Source of the DNA: Betaproteobacteria bacterium
Lineage (GTDB): Bacteria; Pseudomonadota; Gammaproteobacteria; Burkholderiales; JACQAP01
Assembly (NCBI GenBank): GCA_016194905.1
Contig: JACQAP010000009.1
Span: 77,569 to 141,568, forward strand
Length of the DNA: 64,000 bases
Direction: 5' to 3'
Shown here: piece by piece, positions 34,458-43,733 of the stretch
Position numbering within the stretch: position 1 is the stretch's first letter
How the letters are laid out: every line of letters begins with the position of its first letter
The notes under the pieces: generated by a model
What the model saw: only the letters and a program-made list of their open reading frames with translations
Database searches by the model: none
What the model was told of the DNA's origin: nothing
Position numbers and translations under genes: made by a program

Positions 34458-34892
34458 AAGTATTCAGAAGACTCGCTCGATACCGTCTTCGCTGCCCTGG
34501 CCGATCCGACGCGCCGCGGTGTTATCGAATTGCTGGACGGCGGCAGCCTGCCCGTGAGCGAACTTGCTGCGCCGCACAGCATGTCGCTGCCCGGCTTCAT
34601 GAAGCACCTGCGCGTGCTCGAGGACGCCGGTCTCATCACCCGCTCCAAGGAAGGACGGGTGGTGAACTGCACGCTTTCGGCCGAGTCAATGAAGGACGCT
34701 GCGGCGTGGATGGCGCGCTATGAGAAATTCTGGACGGAACGTCTCGACGCGCTCGGCCGCTATCTGTATCACCAGAAGGAGTTGACACCATGGCAAACAA
34801 AATCAACGAGCGGCCGTCGCTCTCCCTCACTCGCACCTACCCCGTCGCCCCCGAAAAAGTCTGGCGGGCGTGGACGGACCCGGAAGCGTTGA
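34452..34892 (+). CDS. ArsR/SmtB-family transcriptional regulator
   Basis: FAALADPTRRGVIELL...SVSELA....S.P..MKHLRVLEDAGLI is the ArsR HTH pattern. The Pro/Ser/Arg-rich tail overlaps the next gene by 103 nt. Confidence 0.8.
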   Translation: MVKYSEDSLDTVFAALADPTRRGVIELLDGGSLPVSELAAPHSMSLPGFMKHLRVLEDAGLITRSKEGRVVNCTLSAESMKDAAAWMARYEKFWTERLDALGRYLYHQKELTPWQTKSTSGRRSPSLAPTPSPPKKSGGRGRTRKR

Positions 34893-35242
34893 AACACTGG
34901 TTCGGGCCGGACGAGGAGAAAGTCTCGTTTGCGCAAACCGATGTGCGGGTGGGCGGTCGCTTTCACGTCATCTTCAGCACTCTCGATGGCGAGCAGCACG
35001 ACGTCAGCGGCGTGTACCGGGAAGTGCAGCCGCACCGCAAACTGGTGTTCACCTGGGCGTGGAAGAGCACGCCTGAGCGTGAATCGCTGGTGACTCTCAG
35101 CTTCCGGCCCTCGGGCAGTGGCACCGAATTCAACATGCTGCACGAGCAGTTCTTCGATGTTGCGGCGCGCGACCGACATGAGTACGGCTGGACCGGCAGT
35201 CTCGCCAAACTCGAACGCTTTCTGCGGGAGAGTCAGCGATAA
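34790..35242 (+). CDS. SRPBCC-fold protein (AHSA1/Aha1-like)
   Basis: 150 aa. L.LTRTY.VAPEKVWRAWTDPEALKHWFGP...GG.F is the typical AHSA1-domain N-terminus. Confidence 0.85.
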   Translation: MANKINERPSLSLTRTYPVAPEKVWRAWTDPEALKHWFGPDEEKVSFAQTDVRVGGRFHVIFSTLDGEQHDVSGVYREVQPHRKLVFTWAWKSTPERESLVTLSFRPSGSGTEFNMLHEQFFDVAARDRHEYGWTGSLAKLERFLRESQR

Positions 35243-35275
35243 GACGGACAGACAACGACAGCCGAGGAGGTAACT

Positions 35276-35653
35276 ATGCTGGGAAATAACGATGCAGCCG
35301 CAACCATCGCGGTCAGCAACATGGAAACAGCGAGGAAATTTTACGAAGGCACGCTCGGTCTGAAAAAAGTGCGCGAGGAAGGCAAGGAAATGATCGCCTA
35401 CCGGAGCGGGAACTCCACCATCAACGTATATCGATCGAAGTACGCCGGCACCAACCAGGCGACGGCCTTGACATGGATGGTCGGCGATGACGTCGAGGGT
35501 GTTGTCCGCGAGCTGAAAGCCAAGGGCGTGACCTTCGAACATTACGACATGCCGGACACAAAGCGGGAGGGCGACGTCCATATCGGCGGGCACATGAAGC
35601 TCGCCTGGTTCAAGGATCCGGACGGCAACATCCTCAACATCGTCAGCGGATAG
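35276..35653 (+). CDS. VOC-family (glyoxalase/bleomycin-resistance fold) protein
   Basis: 125 aa. FYEGTLGLK...AWFKDPDGNILNIV is the VOC beta-alpha-beta-beta-beta pattern. Confidence 0.8.
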   Translation: MLGNNDAAATIAVSNMETARKFYEGTLGLKKVREEGKEMIAYRSGNSTINVYRSKYAGTNQATALTWMVGDDVEGVVRELKAKGVTFEHYDMPDTKREGDVHIGGHMKLAWFKDPDGNILNIVSG

Positions 35654-35738
35654 CAGTCAGCCTGCGTTACACACTGTTCGACTGTGCCGGGCTCTCATTG
35701 ACCGGCGTTCTTCCACGCGTTAATGAAAGGAGATCACC

Positions 35739-36107
35739 ATGGGCAATCCTGTCGTTCACTGGGAATTGATGTCGAAGGATCCGGCGAAAGTGTCGGCGTT
35801 CTACGAAAAGATCTTCGATTGGAAGATCCAGCACATCCCCGAAATGAATTACCGCATGGTCGAAACCGGCGGCGAGGGCGGCATCAACGGCGGCATCCTG
35901 AAGCCGGAGCGCGAGGGACCGTGGCCGGGCAACATGCTTTTCTATGTCAACGTCGACGACCTTGCGGCCTATCGCAAGAAAGTGGTTGCGGCAGGAGGCA
36001 AGATCCACGTCGAGGAACAGGCGGTGCCAGGCATGGGTGCATTCTCCCTGTTCACGGATCCAGAGGGGCGCATGATGGGATTGTGGAAGGCAGCCAAAAA
36101 GCAATGA
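35739..36107 (+). CDS. VOC-family protein
   Basis: 122 aa. VVHWELMSKDPAKVSAFYEKIFDWK...FTDPEGRMMGLW. Confidence 0.8.
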   Translation: MGNPVVHWELMSKDPAKVSAFYEKIFDWKIQHIPEMNYRMVETGGEGGINGGILKPEREGPWPGNMLFYVNVDDLAAYRKKVVAAGGKIHVEEQAVPGMGAFSLFTDPEGRMMGLWKAAKKQ

Positions 36108-36232
36108 ACACCGACGGGCGCCACGCGGCACTACACGCCGGTCAAGGACAATCCGCCGCATCTCAAGGACTTCTCCCAAGAGGTTCGGCGGATCACATCA
36201 TCGACTGGTGGCGGCAATTCGCGCTCGGGCGC

Positions 36233-36283
36233 TTGACAAGATTTTTTTATTGCTGGTATATTTAACTCTTAGGTTAATTAACC
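36233..36283 (+). promoter_or_regulatory. Sigma70-like promoter plus palindromic operator of the second ArsR gene
   Basis: TTGACA (36233-36238), 18-nt spacer, TATATT (36257-36262). The 12-bp palindrome GGTTAATTAACC is at 36272-36283, then GGAGAG RBS and the ATG at 36303. Confidence 0.55.
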
Positions 36284-36302
36284 GGAGAGTGAAATTCAAA
36301 GC

Positions 36303-36665
36303 ATGTCCCCCGACCGCCTCAGCAGCACGTTCGCGGCCCTTGCCGATCCCACCCGGCGCGCAATCCTTGCCCGGCTCGCTTCGGGGGAAAAATCCGTGAA
36401 CGATCTGGCGGAGCCCTTCGAGATGAGCCTTCCGGCGGTATCCAAGCATCTCAAGGTGCTGGAGTCCGCGGGTCTCATCACACGCGGCCGCGAGGCACAG
36501 TGGCGCCCCTGCCGGCTCGAGGCGGGGCCGCTCAAGGACATCTCCAACTGGGTCGAACGCTACCGGCAGTTTTGGGAGAAAAGTTTCGATCGACTGGACG
36601 CCTATCTGCGCGAAATCCAATCGAAGGAAAAGAAAGGAAAAACCAGTGGTCGCAAAAAGAAGTAG
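36303..36665 (+). CDS. ArsR/SmtB-family transcriptional regulator
   Basis: 120 aa. FAALADPTRRAILARL..GEKSVNDLAEPF.MSLPAVSKHLKVLESAGLI. Confidence 0.9.
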   Translation: MSPDRLSSTFAALADPTRRAILARLASGEKSVNDLAEPFEMSLPAVSKHLKVLESAGLITRGREAQWRPCRLEAGPLKDISNWVERYRQFWEKSFDRLDAYLREIQSKEKKGKTSGRKKK

Positions 36666-37131
36666 TGCCGCCGAGGCAACGTCGGATCGGGAGATCGTCC
36701 TGACTCGCGCTTTCGAAGCGTCGCGCGAACTCGTCTGGAAAGCGTGGACGGATCCGAAACACATCAACGAGTGGTGGGGCCCGCGAGGTTTCACGACCAC
36801 CACTCACGAGATCGACGTGCGGCCGGGCGGCGTCTGGCGGTTCATGATGCACGGCCCGGATGGCGTCGACTATCCGAACAGGATCGTCTATCTCGAGATC
36901 GTGAAACCCGAGCGCCTGGTTTATAACCATAGCGGGGACGGAGAGGCCGAGGACGTGCAGTTTCAAGTAACGGTGACCTTCGCGGAGGAAGGCGGCAAGA
37001 CCAGGCTCACCCTCCGGATGCTCTTCGCGACGGCTGCGGAACGGGACAAGACCGTGGAGCAGTATGGGGCCATCGAGGGCGGGAACCAGACTCTGGATCG
37101 CCTCGGCGAATATTTGGCGCAGATGGTTTAG
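36646..37131 (+). CDS. SRPBCC-fold protein (AHSA1-like)
   Basis: 161 aa. REIVLTRAFEASRELVWKAWTDPKHINEWWGPRGF. It overlaps the ArsR gene by 20 nt. Confidence 0.85.
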   Translation: MVAKRSSAAEATSDREIVLTRAFEASRELVWKAWTDPKHINEWWGPRGFTTTTHEIDVRPGGVWRFMMHGPDGVDYPNRIVYLEIVKPERLVYNHSGDGEAEDVQFQVTVTFAEEGGKTRLTLRMLFATAAERDKTVEQYGAIEGGNQTLDRLGEYLAQMV

Positions 37132-37239
37132 ACCTGGCGCCCATGCGGGACAGAAGCAGGCGACATGAGTTCGGGAGTCGTCATCCTCTGCTACCGGCCC
37201 TCAACACAGGGCTGCAAACAACCTGAAGGAGACAAGACA

Positions 37240-37668
37240 ATGCGATTCATGGTGATAGTCAAAGCAGACAAGAACTCCGAGGCAGGCGTCCTTCCGGACG
37301 AGAAGCTTCTGGCCGAGATGGGAAAGTACAACGAGGAGCTGGCGAAGGCCGGCGTGCTGCTCGCAGGCGAAGGGCTCCACCCGAGTTCGAAGGGCGCACG
37401 CGTCAGGTTTTCCGGCACGAAACGGATCGTAATCGACGGACCCTTCCCCGAGACGAAGGATCTGGTCGCGGGCTTCTGGCTGTTCCAGGTGAAGTCGAAG
37501 GAAGAAGCGATCGAATGGGTCAAGCGCTGTCCCAATCCCTTCCCGGGCACGGACTCCGAGATCGAGATTCGCCAGGTATTCGAGGCGGATGATTTCGGCG
37601 CCGAGTTCACGCCCGAGCTCAGGGAACAAGAGGAGCGCATACGGGCCCAGGCGGCCGCGAAACGATAG
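37240..37668 (+). CDS. YciI-family (DGPF domain) protein
   Basis: 142 aa from MRFMVIVKAD, preceded by RBS GAAGGAG. Has ...LL.EM..YNEEL.KAGVLL.GEGL and GFWL..VKS.EEA.EW. Confidence 0.8.
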   Translation: MRFMVIVKADKNSEAGVLPDEKLLAEMGKYNEELAKAGVLLAGEGLHPSSKGARVRFSGTKRIVIDGPFPETKDLVAGFWLFQVKSKEEAIEWVKRCPNPFPGTDSEIEIRQVFEADDFGAEFTPELREQEERIRAQAAAKR

Positions 37669-37706
37669 CAGCCTCTCCCATTTCAATACCGCGAAAAGGA
37701 AATGCA

Positions 37707-38120
37707 ATGCTAGTCCAATCCTATCTGTTTTTCGATGGCCGCTGCGAGGAGGCGGTCGAGTTCTACCGCAGCAAACTCGGCGCCGAGGTGACGATGCTCA
37801 TGCGCTTCAGTGACAGTCCCGAGCCCCATCCACCTGGCATGATCCCGCCGGGATCCGAAAACAAGGTGATGCATACGAGCTTTCGCATCGGCGACACGAC
37901 GGTGATGGCTTCCGACGGCAGGTGCACCGGCAAGCCGAGCTTTCAGGGCTTTTCCCTGTCGCTATCGGTGGCGAACGAAACCGAGGCTGAACGGCTGTTC
38001 GCTTTGCTGGGTGATGGCGGCCAGGTACAGATGCCTTTGAGCAAAACCTTTTTCTCGCCGCGCTTCGGCATGGTCGCCGACCGCTTCGGCGTGTCGTGGA
38101 TGATCATCGTCGCACCGTAA
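37707..38120 (+). CDS. VOC-superfamily protein, PhnB-like
   Basis: 137 aa. YLFFDGRCEEAVEFYRSKLGAEV...FGMVADRFGVSWMI is typical of PhnB/3-demethylubiquinone-9 3-methyltransferase-domain proteins. Confidence 0.8.
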   Translation: MLVQSYLFFDGRCEEAVEFYRSKLGAEVTMLMRFSDSPEPHPPGMIPPGSENKVMHTSFRIGDTTVMASDGRCTGKPSFQGFSLSLSVANETEAERLFALLGDGGQVQMPLSKTFFSPRFGMVADRFGVSWMIIVAP

Positions 38121-38164
38121 GCGAAAGCCTTCCCACAATTCAAGCCATAGGGAGAAGAGTCACC

Positions 38165-38704
38165 ATGCTCAAGATCATCCTCATTGCCCTCGCCATCATT
38201 GTTGTCGTGCTTGCCGTCGTCGTGGCACTGCAGCCCGCCGATTTCCGCATTGCGCGCAGCGCCACTATCTCCGCTCCCGCGCCTGCGATATTTGCCCAAG
38301 TCGACGACCTCCACAAATGGGAAGCCTGGAACCCGTGGCAGAAAGTCGATCCGGCGATGAAGCTGACCTTTGCAGGCCCGCCGGCCGGGCCTGGCGCGTC
38401 TTACTCATGGGCCGGCAACAAGGATGTGGGCGAAGGACGCCTGACGATCATCGAGAGCCGCCCGAGCGACCTCGTCCGGATCAAGCTCGAGTTCATGAAG
38501 CCCTTCGCAGCCACCAACACGGCGACGTTCACGTTCAAGCCCGAAGGCAATCAAACGGCCGTGACGTGGAGCATGGAAGGCAAGAACAATTTCTTTGCCA
38601 AGGCGATCAATCTTTGCATGAACATGGACAAGATGGTCGGCGGTCAATTCGAGAAGGGTCTGGCCGATATGAAATCGGTGGCGGAGTCGGCACCGAAGCA
38701 ATAG
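38165..38704 (+). CDS. Membrane-anchored SRPBCC-fold (polyketide cyclase/START-like) protein
   Basis: 179 aa from MLKIILIALAIIVVVLAVVVAL (N-terminal TM helix), preceded by RBS GGGAGAAGAG. SRPBCC-like body (I.AP...IF..V.DL.KW..W.PW). Confidence 0.7.
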   Translation: MLKIILIALAIIVVVLAVVVALQPADFRIARSATISAPAPAIFAQVDDLHKWEAWNPWQKVDPAMKLTFAGPPAGPGASYSWAGNKDVGEGRLTIIESRPSDLVRIKLEFMKPFAATNTATFTFKPEGNQTAVTWSMEGKNNFFAKAINLCMNMDKMVGGQFEKGLADMKSVAESAPKQ

Positions 38705-38750
38705 CGCGCCAGCCCTCGGTCCATCGGATTTCATCTCTGGAGAAAACGCC

Positions 38751-39329
38751 ATGTCATTGACGAAGTGCTTGCTCGCCGCCGTTATCGCCGGTGCTGCGTT
38801 TCCCGCGGTTGCCGCACCCGACAACTACACCATCGACCCCATGCATACCTACCCGAGCCTCGAGTTCTCCCACATGGGTCTCTCCGTCTGGCGCGGCAAA
38901 TTCAACAAGACCTCCGGAAAGGTTTTGCTCGACCGCGCTGCCAGGACGGGAAATGTCGAAGTCACGATCGACGTCTCGAGCATCAACTTCGGCCTCGCCG
39001 CGATGGACGAGAAAGCGCGCTCGGATGATTTCTTCGATACCGCAAAATTTCCGACCGCCACCTACAAGGGCAAGCTCAAGTTCGCCGGCGACAAGCCCAA
39101 GACCGTCGACGGCCAGATCACGATCATGGGCGTTACGCGCCCAGTGACGCTCAGTATCAATCTCTTCAACTGCATGCCGCATCCGATGCTCAAGAAAGAG
39201 GTGTGCGGAGCTGACGCCGAAGGCGAGCTCAACTGGTCGGAATACGGCATGAAAATGAGCCAGTACGGTCAGGGCGACGCCGGCAAGGTGCACCTGCGCG
39301 TCCAGGTCGAAGCGATCAAGGACGAATGA
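38751..39329 (+). CDS. YceI-family periplasmic protein
   Basis: 192 aa with a signal peptide. Y.IDP.HT...F...H.G.S...G.F....G.... is the YceI-like lipid/polyisoprenoid-binding domain pattern. Confidence 0.85.
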   Translation: MSLTKCLLAAVIAGAAFPAVAAPDNYTIDPMHTYPSLEFSHMGLSVWRGKFNKTSGKVLLDRAARTGNVEVTIDVSSINFGLAAMDEKARSDDFFDTAKFPTATYKGKLKFAGDKPKTVDGQITIMGVTRPVTLSINLFNCMPHPMLKKEVCGADAEGELNWSEYGMKMSQYGQGDAGKVHLRVQVEAIKDE

Positions 39330-39363
39330 GCCTGACCGCGATATCCTCTTCAGGAGAAAAATC

Positions 39364-39897
39364 ATGCCCGCGGAAAAATCCTCTCCCCAGGCCGACCGCC
39401 CCTTCGTCATATCGCGCGAGTTCAACGCGCGACGAGACATCGTGTGGAAGTCCTGGACCGAGGCCGAACACCTGAAACAGTGGTGGGGACCGAAAGGCTT
39501 CACCGTGCACACCTGCAAGGTCGATCTCCGGCCGGGCGGCAAGTTTCATTACGGCATGAGCGCGCCCGACGGCAGCGACATGTGGGGCCGGTTCGTCTAC
39601 CGCGAAATCGATCCGCCGCGGAGGCTGGTATTCATCGTGTCGTTTTCCGACCCGGAGGGTGGCTTAAGCCGGCACCCCGGCCACCTCAATTGGCCGCTGC
39701 AAATGCTTTCGACAGTGACTTTCGAGGAAGCCGGCGGAAAGACTACGGTCACCGTGCAGTGGGAGGCGTATGAGGCAACGGACCTGGAGCGCCAGACCTT
39801 CCAGGACGGAATGGCGTCGATGCAGCAGGGCTGGACCGGAACCTTCGAGCAATTCAACGACTACCTGGCAAAGGCCGTCAGGGAACAGCGCATATAA
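39364..39897 (+). CDS. SRPBCC-fold protein (AHSA1-like)
   Basis: 177 aa. FVISREFNARRDIVWKSWTEAEHLKQWWGPKGF. Confidence 0.85.
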   Translation: MPAEKSSPQADRPFVISREFNARRDIVWKSWTEAEHLKQWWGPKGFTVHTCKVDLRPGGKFHYGMSAPDGSDMWGRFVYREIDPPRRLVFIVSFSDPEGGLSRHPGHLNWPLQMLSTVTFEEAGGKTTVTVQWEAYEATDLERQTFQDGMASMQQGWTGTFEQFNDYLAKAVREQRI

Positions 39898-39924
39898 CCG
39901 CAACCAGGATTGGGAGATACTCAA

Positions 39925-40395
39925 ATGCAAAAAATCACGCCGTTCCTGTGGTTCGACGGCAAAGCCGAGGAGGCAATGAACTTCTATGTCTCCATTTTCA
40001 AGAACTCGAAGACCGGGCGCGTTACCCGTTATGGCGATGCGGGGCCGGGGCCGAAGGGAACGGTCATGTCCGCGACCTTCGAACTCGACGGGCAGGAGTT
40101 CTTTGCGCTGAACGGCGGCCCGGTTTTCACCTTCACCCCTGCCATTTCGTTCTTCGTGAACTGCGAGACGCAGGAAGAAGTCGATGAATTCTGGGAGAAG
40201 TTTTCCGCGGGCGGAGAAAAGCAAAGATGCGGCTGGCTCAAGGACAAATTCGGCCTGTCGTGGCAGATCGTTCCTTCCATCCTGGGAAAATTGCTGCAGG
40301 ACAAAGATGCCGGGAAGTCGACGAGAGTCATGAATGCGATGATGCAAATGGGCAAACTCGACATAAAGCGCCTGGAACAGGCGGCGCTGCAATGA
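39925..40395 (+). CDS. VOC-superfamily protein, PhnB-like
   Basis: 156 aa from MQKITPFLWFDG.AEEAMNFY, preceded by RBS GGGAGA. Has ...GWLKDKFGLSWQIVP. Confidence 0.8.
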   Translation: MQKITPFLWFDGKAEEAMNFYVSIFKNSKTGRVTRYGDAGPGPKGTVMSATFELDGQEFFALNGGPVFTFTPAISFFVNCETQEEVDEFWEKFSAGGEKQRCGWLKDKFGLSWQIVPSILGKLLQDKDAGKSTRVMNAMMQMGKLDIKRLEQAALQ

Positions 40396-40880
40396 GCACC
40401 AAAGAATTATCCGTGGCAAAGCCCGGTGCGACAGCCGAGGCACAGGACCGCGTGCTGCTTTTCACCCGCGTCTTCAACGCACCCCGCGATGTGGTGTTCC
40501 GCGCATGGACCGAGCCGGAACAACTCGTGCAGTGGTGGGCTCCGGAGGGATTCTCCGTGGCCTTCCTCGAGATGGACATCCGCCCGGGCGGCGTCTGGCG
40601 CAAGTGCATGCGCTCGCCTGAAGGCACCGACTACTGGCGGCGTGGTGTCTATCTCGAGGTGGTGGAACCGGAGCGGCTCGTGTTCACCTACATTTCGGAT
40701 GACCCTGAGAGCGATCCCGACCACGAGACGATCGTGACCATCACCTTCGCGGATCACGGCGCGAAGACACTGATGACTTTCCGGCAGGCCGAATTCGAGT
40801 CGGTTGCGGCGCGCGATTCCCACCAAGGTGGTTGGACCAGTTGCCTGCAGCGATTCGCCGCTTACGTGGCGCGGGCGTAA
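40392..40880 (+). CDS. SRPBCC-fold protein (AHSA1-like)
   Basis: 162 aa. ATGA overlap with the upstream stop. LLFTRVFNAPRDVVFRAWTEPEQLVQWWAPEGF. Confidence 0.85.
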   Translation: MSTKELSVAKPGATAEAQDRVLLFTRVFNAPRDVVFRAWTEPEQLVQWWAPEGFSVAFLEMDIRPGGVWRKCMRSPEGTDYWRRGVYLEVVEPERLVFTYISDDPESDPDHETIVTITFADHGAKTLMTFRQAEFESVAARDSHQGGWTSCLQRFAAYVARA

Positions 40881-40998
40881 TACCGACCCTGCGGGGCTGA
40901 AGATAACGCGGCGCCCGCCCGGCCTGAAGGTGATTGAGCCCTCTTTCGCATCGCATCCCGGATACAGCGTCGCAAGGCAAGGCAAAGGAGAAATAACA

Positions 40999-42495
40999 GT
41001 GGCAAACGATGTCGACAGCCGCAAGCGCTGGCTGGCTCTATACGTGCTGTGTCTCGGCGTGCTAATGATCGTTCTCGACACGACGATCGTGAACGTCGCC
41101 CTGCCGTCGATCCGGGAAGATCTCGGCTTCTCCGAAACCTCGTTGGTGTGGGTTGTGAATGCGTACATGCTCACATTCGGCGGCTTCCTGCTGCTTGGCG
41201 GCCGGTTGGGCGATCTCTTCGGGCACCGCAGGCTGTTCCTGTTCGGCATCACCCTCTTCACGCTCGCATCGCTTGCCTGCGGACTGTCGAACTCGCAGGC
41301 GTTGCTCATCGCAGCTCGTGCGGTGCAGGGGCTCGGCGGCGCGGTCGTCTCCGCCGTCGCGCTCTCGCTGATCATGAATCTCTTCACCGAGCCGTCCGGG
41401 CGCGCAAAGGCGATGGGCATCTACGGCTTCGTGTGCGCCGGCGGAGGCAGCATCGGTGTGTTGCTCGGCGGCGTGCTGACGAGCGCGTTCAACTGGCACT
41501 GGATTTTCCTCGTCAATCTGCCGATCGGCGTCGCGGTTTATGCCCTCTGCCTCGTCCTGCTGCCGGATGCGCGCGGTCAGACGGCGACTGGCCGTCTGGA
41601 TGTCGCCGGCGCCGCGACGGTAACCTCGTCTTTGATGCTTGCCGTCTACGCGATCGTGAACGGCAACGAAGCCGGCTGGACGTCCGCGCCAACGCTTGGG
41701 CTGCTCGCAGCAGCGGCGGTGCTGCTCGCGACCTTCCTCGGTATCGAAAGCCGGGCACGCGAACCGCTCATGCCGCTTGGCCTGTTCCGGCTGCGCAATG
41801 TCGCCACCGCCAACGTCGTCGGCGTCCTGTGGGCCGCCGCGATGTTCGCCTGGTTCTTCATTTCCGCGCTCTACCTGCAGCTCGTGCTCGGCTACAGCGC
41901 GCTGCAGGTCGGACTCGCCTTCCTGCCGGCCAATCTGATCATGGCGACGTTCTCGCTCGGCCTCTCCGCAAAGATCGTCATGCGTTTCGGCATCAGGCCG
42001 CCGCTCGCGGTGGGACTGTTGCTGGCTGCGGTCGGGCTCTTGCTCTTCGCGCGGGCACCGGTGGATGGTCTCTTCGTCGTCGATGTGCTACCCGGCATGC
42101 TCCTCCTCGGCCTGGGCGCCGGCATCGCGTTCAACCCGGTGCTGCTCGCCGCCATGAGCGACGTGAGCCCAAACGAATCCGGGCTCGCCTCGGGAGTGGT
42201 CAACACCTCGTTCATGATGGGCGGGGCGCTCGGCCTCGCGATCCTGGCCAGCCTGGCGGGCGCCCGCGCGAACAACCTGCTCTCGTCCGGCGCGGGCTCG
42301 CTCGCTGCCCTCAACGGCGGCTACCACGTTGCCTTCCTGATTGGCGCTGTGTTCGCCGCCGCAGCGGCCTTGCTCAGCGCCGTGCTTCTTCGTGCCGGAC
42401 GGCAGGTGCCCGCATACGAAGGTGAAAAAGCGAGTGGGGGAATGCAGGCTGCGGCGGGACAAGCTGGCGAATCGGCTGCTGCCCACCGATATTGA
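40999..42495 (+). CDS. MFS transporter, DHA2 (EmrB/QacA, 14-TMS) type
   Basis: GTG at 40999 follows AAGGAGAAATAACA. LALYVLCLGVLMIVLDTTIVNVALPSI and LGGRLGDLFGHRR motifs. About 14 hydrophobic segments. Confidence 0.85.
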   Translation: MANDVDSRKRWLALYVLCLGVLMIVLDTTIVNVALPSIREDLGFSETSLVWVVNAYMLTFGGFLLLGGRLGDLFGHRRLFLFGITLFTLASLACGLSNSQALLIAARAVQGLGGAVVSAVALSLIMNLFTEPSGRAKAMGIYGFVCAGGGSIGVLLGGVLTSAFNWHWIFLVNLPIGVAVYALCLVLLPDARGQTATGRLDVAGAATVTSSLMLAVYAIVNGNEAGWTSAPTLGLLAAAAVLLATFLGIESRAREPLMPLGLFRLRNVATANVVGVLWAAAMFAWFFISALYLQLVLGYSALQVGLAFLPANLIMATFSLGLSAKIVMRFGIRPPLAVGLLLAAVGLLLFARAPVDGLFVVDVLPGMLLLGLGAGIAFNPVLLAAMSDVSPNESGLASGVVNTSFMMGGALGLAILASLAGARANNLLSSGAGSLAALNGGYHVAFLIGAVFAAAAALLSAVLLRAGRQVPAYEGEKASGGMQAAAGQAGESAAAHRY

Positions 42496-42512
42496 AGGAG
42501 GCTTCAGGGAAA

Positions 42513-42941
42513 ATGCTCGATTCCAATTCTGAAGCAGCAACACACGCAGAGGACAGGATCGGCCTGCGCGTTGCGTCGATGGGACGCTTCCCGCCCCGGG
42601 CGGTGCGCCGTGCGATCGAATACATCCACGCCAATCTCGCGGGCGATCTCCGTCTGGAGAACATTGCCGGCGCCGCCGGACAGAGCGTATTCCATTTCTC
42701 GCGAACGTTCAGGAACACGACCGGATTGGCGCCGCATCGCTATCTGCCGCAGGCGCGCATCGAGAGGGTCAAAGCGTTGCTGCTCGAGAGCGATCGAAGC
42801 CTGGCGGCAATCGCCGAGGAGAGCGGATTTTCCGACCAGAGTCACATGAGCAAGGTCTTCAGGCGGCTTACCGGTGCGACGCCAAAGACTTTCAGAAGCA
42901 AGTGGAGAAAGAAATGCTGCTTAAGAACAAGAACGCCGTGA
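42513..42941 (+). CDS. AraC-family HTH protein (short, DNA-binding domain only)
   Basis: RRAIEYIHANL..DL.LE.IA.AAG.S..HFSR.F...TG..P..Y....RIE..K.LL....S...IA...GF.DQSH..K.F....G..P..F. Start ambiguous: TTG at 42492 or ATG at 42513. Confidence 0.75.
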   Translation: MLDSNSEAATHAEDRIGLRVASMGRFPPRAVRRAIEYIHANLAGDLRLENIAGAAGQSVFHFSRTFRNTTGLAPHRYLPQARIERVKALLLESDRSLAAIAEESGFSDQSHMSKVFRRLTGATPKTFRSKWRKKCCLRTRTP

Positions 42942-43711
42942 TCTATGGTGGAGGAGGTGCGATCGGCGGTGCTGTCGCGCGCGCGTTTGCCCGCGAAGGC
43001 GCGAAAGTCTTCCTTGCCGGTCGCACCCTTGCGAAGCTCGATGCGGTAGCCAGGGAGATCTCCGCCGCAGGAGGAACGGCCGAGACGGCCCAAGTCGATG
43101 CGCTCGACCAGAGCGCCGTCGAGAAACACGCCGATGCCGTGGCCGCGAAAGCCGGCAGCATCGACATTGCGCTGAACGCCGTCGGCATCCTGCACGTGCA
43201 GGGCCCTCCGCTCGCGGAGCTGTCCTTCGAAGACTATGCGCATCCGATCACGGCGTATACGCGAACGCATTTCCTCACGGCGAAGGCGGTCGCGCGGCAC
43301 ATGGCGAAGCAAGGCTCCGGGGTGATCCTTACGCTGTCGACGCCGGGATCGCGCATGACGGGACAGGGATTCCTGGGCTATGGCGTGACATGCGGCGCCA
43401 TTGAGACATTTTCGCGCATCCTGGCGGATGAGCTCGGCCCCAACGGCATCCGCGTTCTGTGCCTGCGGCCCGATGCAATCCCCGAAGCGGTGGCCACATC
43501 GCACGCCCGTGAAGTCTTCAGTGGCTTCGCGCAGCGGGCCGGCACCACGGTCGAGGCCATGCTGGCGGAACGTGCGCGCACCGGAACGCTGCTTGGACGC
43601 TTCCCGACTCTTGCCGAAGTCGCGAACTATGCGGCTTTCGTGGCCTCGGATCGCGCCAGCGCGATGACCGGCGTCATCGCCAATCTGACCTGTGGCTCAC
43701 TCGTCGACTAA
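42914..43711 (+). CDS. SDR-family oxidoreductase
   Basis: ATG at 42914 is preceded by GGAG. N-terminal NAVIYGGGGAIGGAVARAFAREGAKVFLAGR dinucleotide-binding motif. Confidence 0.8.
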   Translation: MLLKNKNAVIYGGGGAIGGAVARAFAREGAKVFLAGRTLAKLDAVAREISAAGGTAETAQVDALDQSAVEKHADAVAAKAGSIDIALNAVGILHVQGPPLAELSFEDYAHPITAYTRTHFLTAKAVARHMAKQGSGVILTLSTPGSRMTGQGFLGYGVTCGAIETFSRILADELGPNGIRVLCLRPDAIPEAVATSHAREVFSGFAQRAGTTVEAMLAERARTGTLLGRFPTLAEVANYAAFVASDRASAMTGVIANLTCGSLVD

Positions 43712-43733
43712 CGGCAGCCAGGACGATGTTCTC

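Noticed and set aside
40407-41420. 337-aa minus-strand ORF, plus-strand ORF 41049..42425, and 44078..45145 / 44782..45996 minus-strand ORFs.
   Set aside because: They overlap well-supported genes (AHSA1, DHA2 MFS, ABC ATPase and permease) in other frames or on the other strand. They show low-complexity Arg/Pro/Gly composition.
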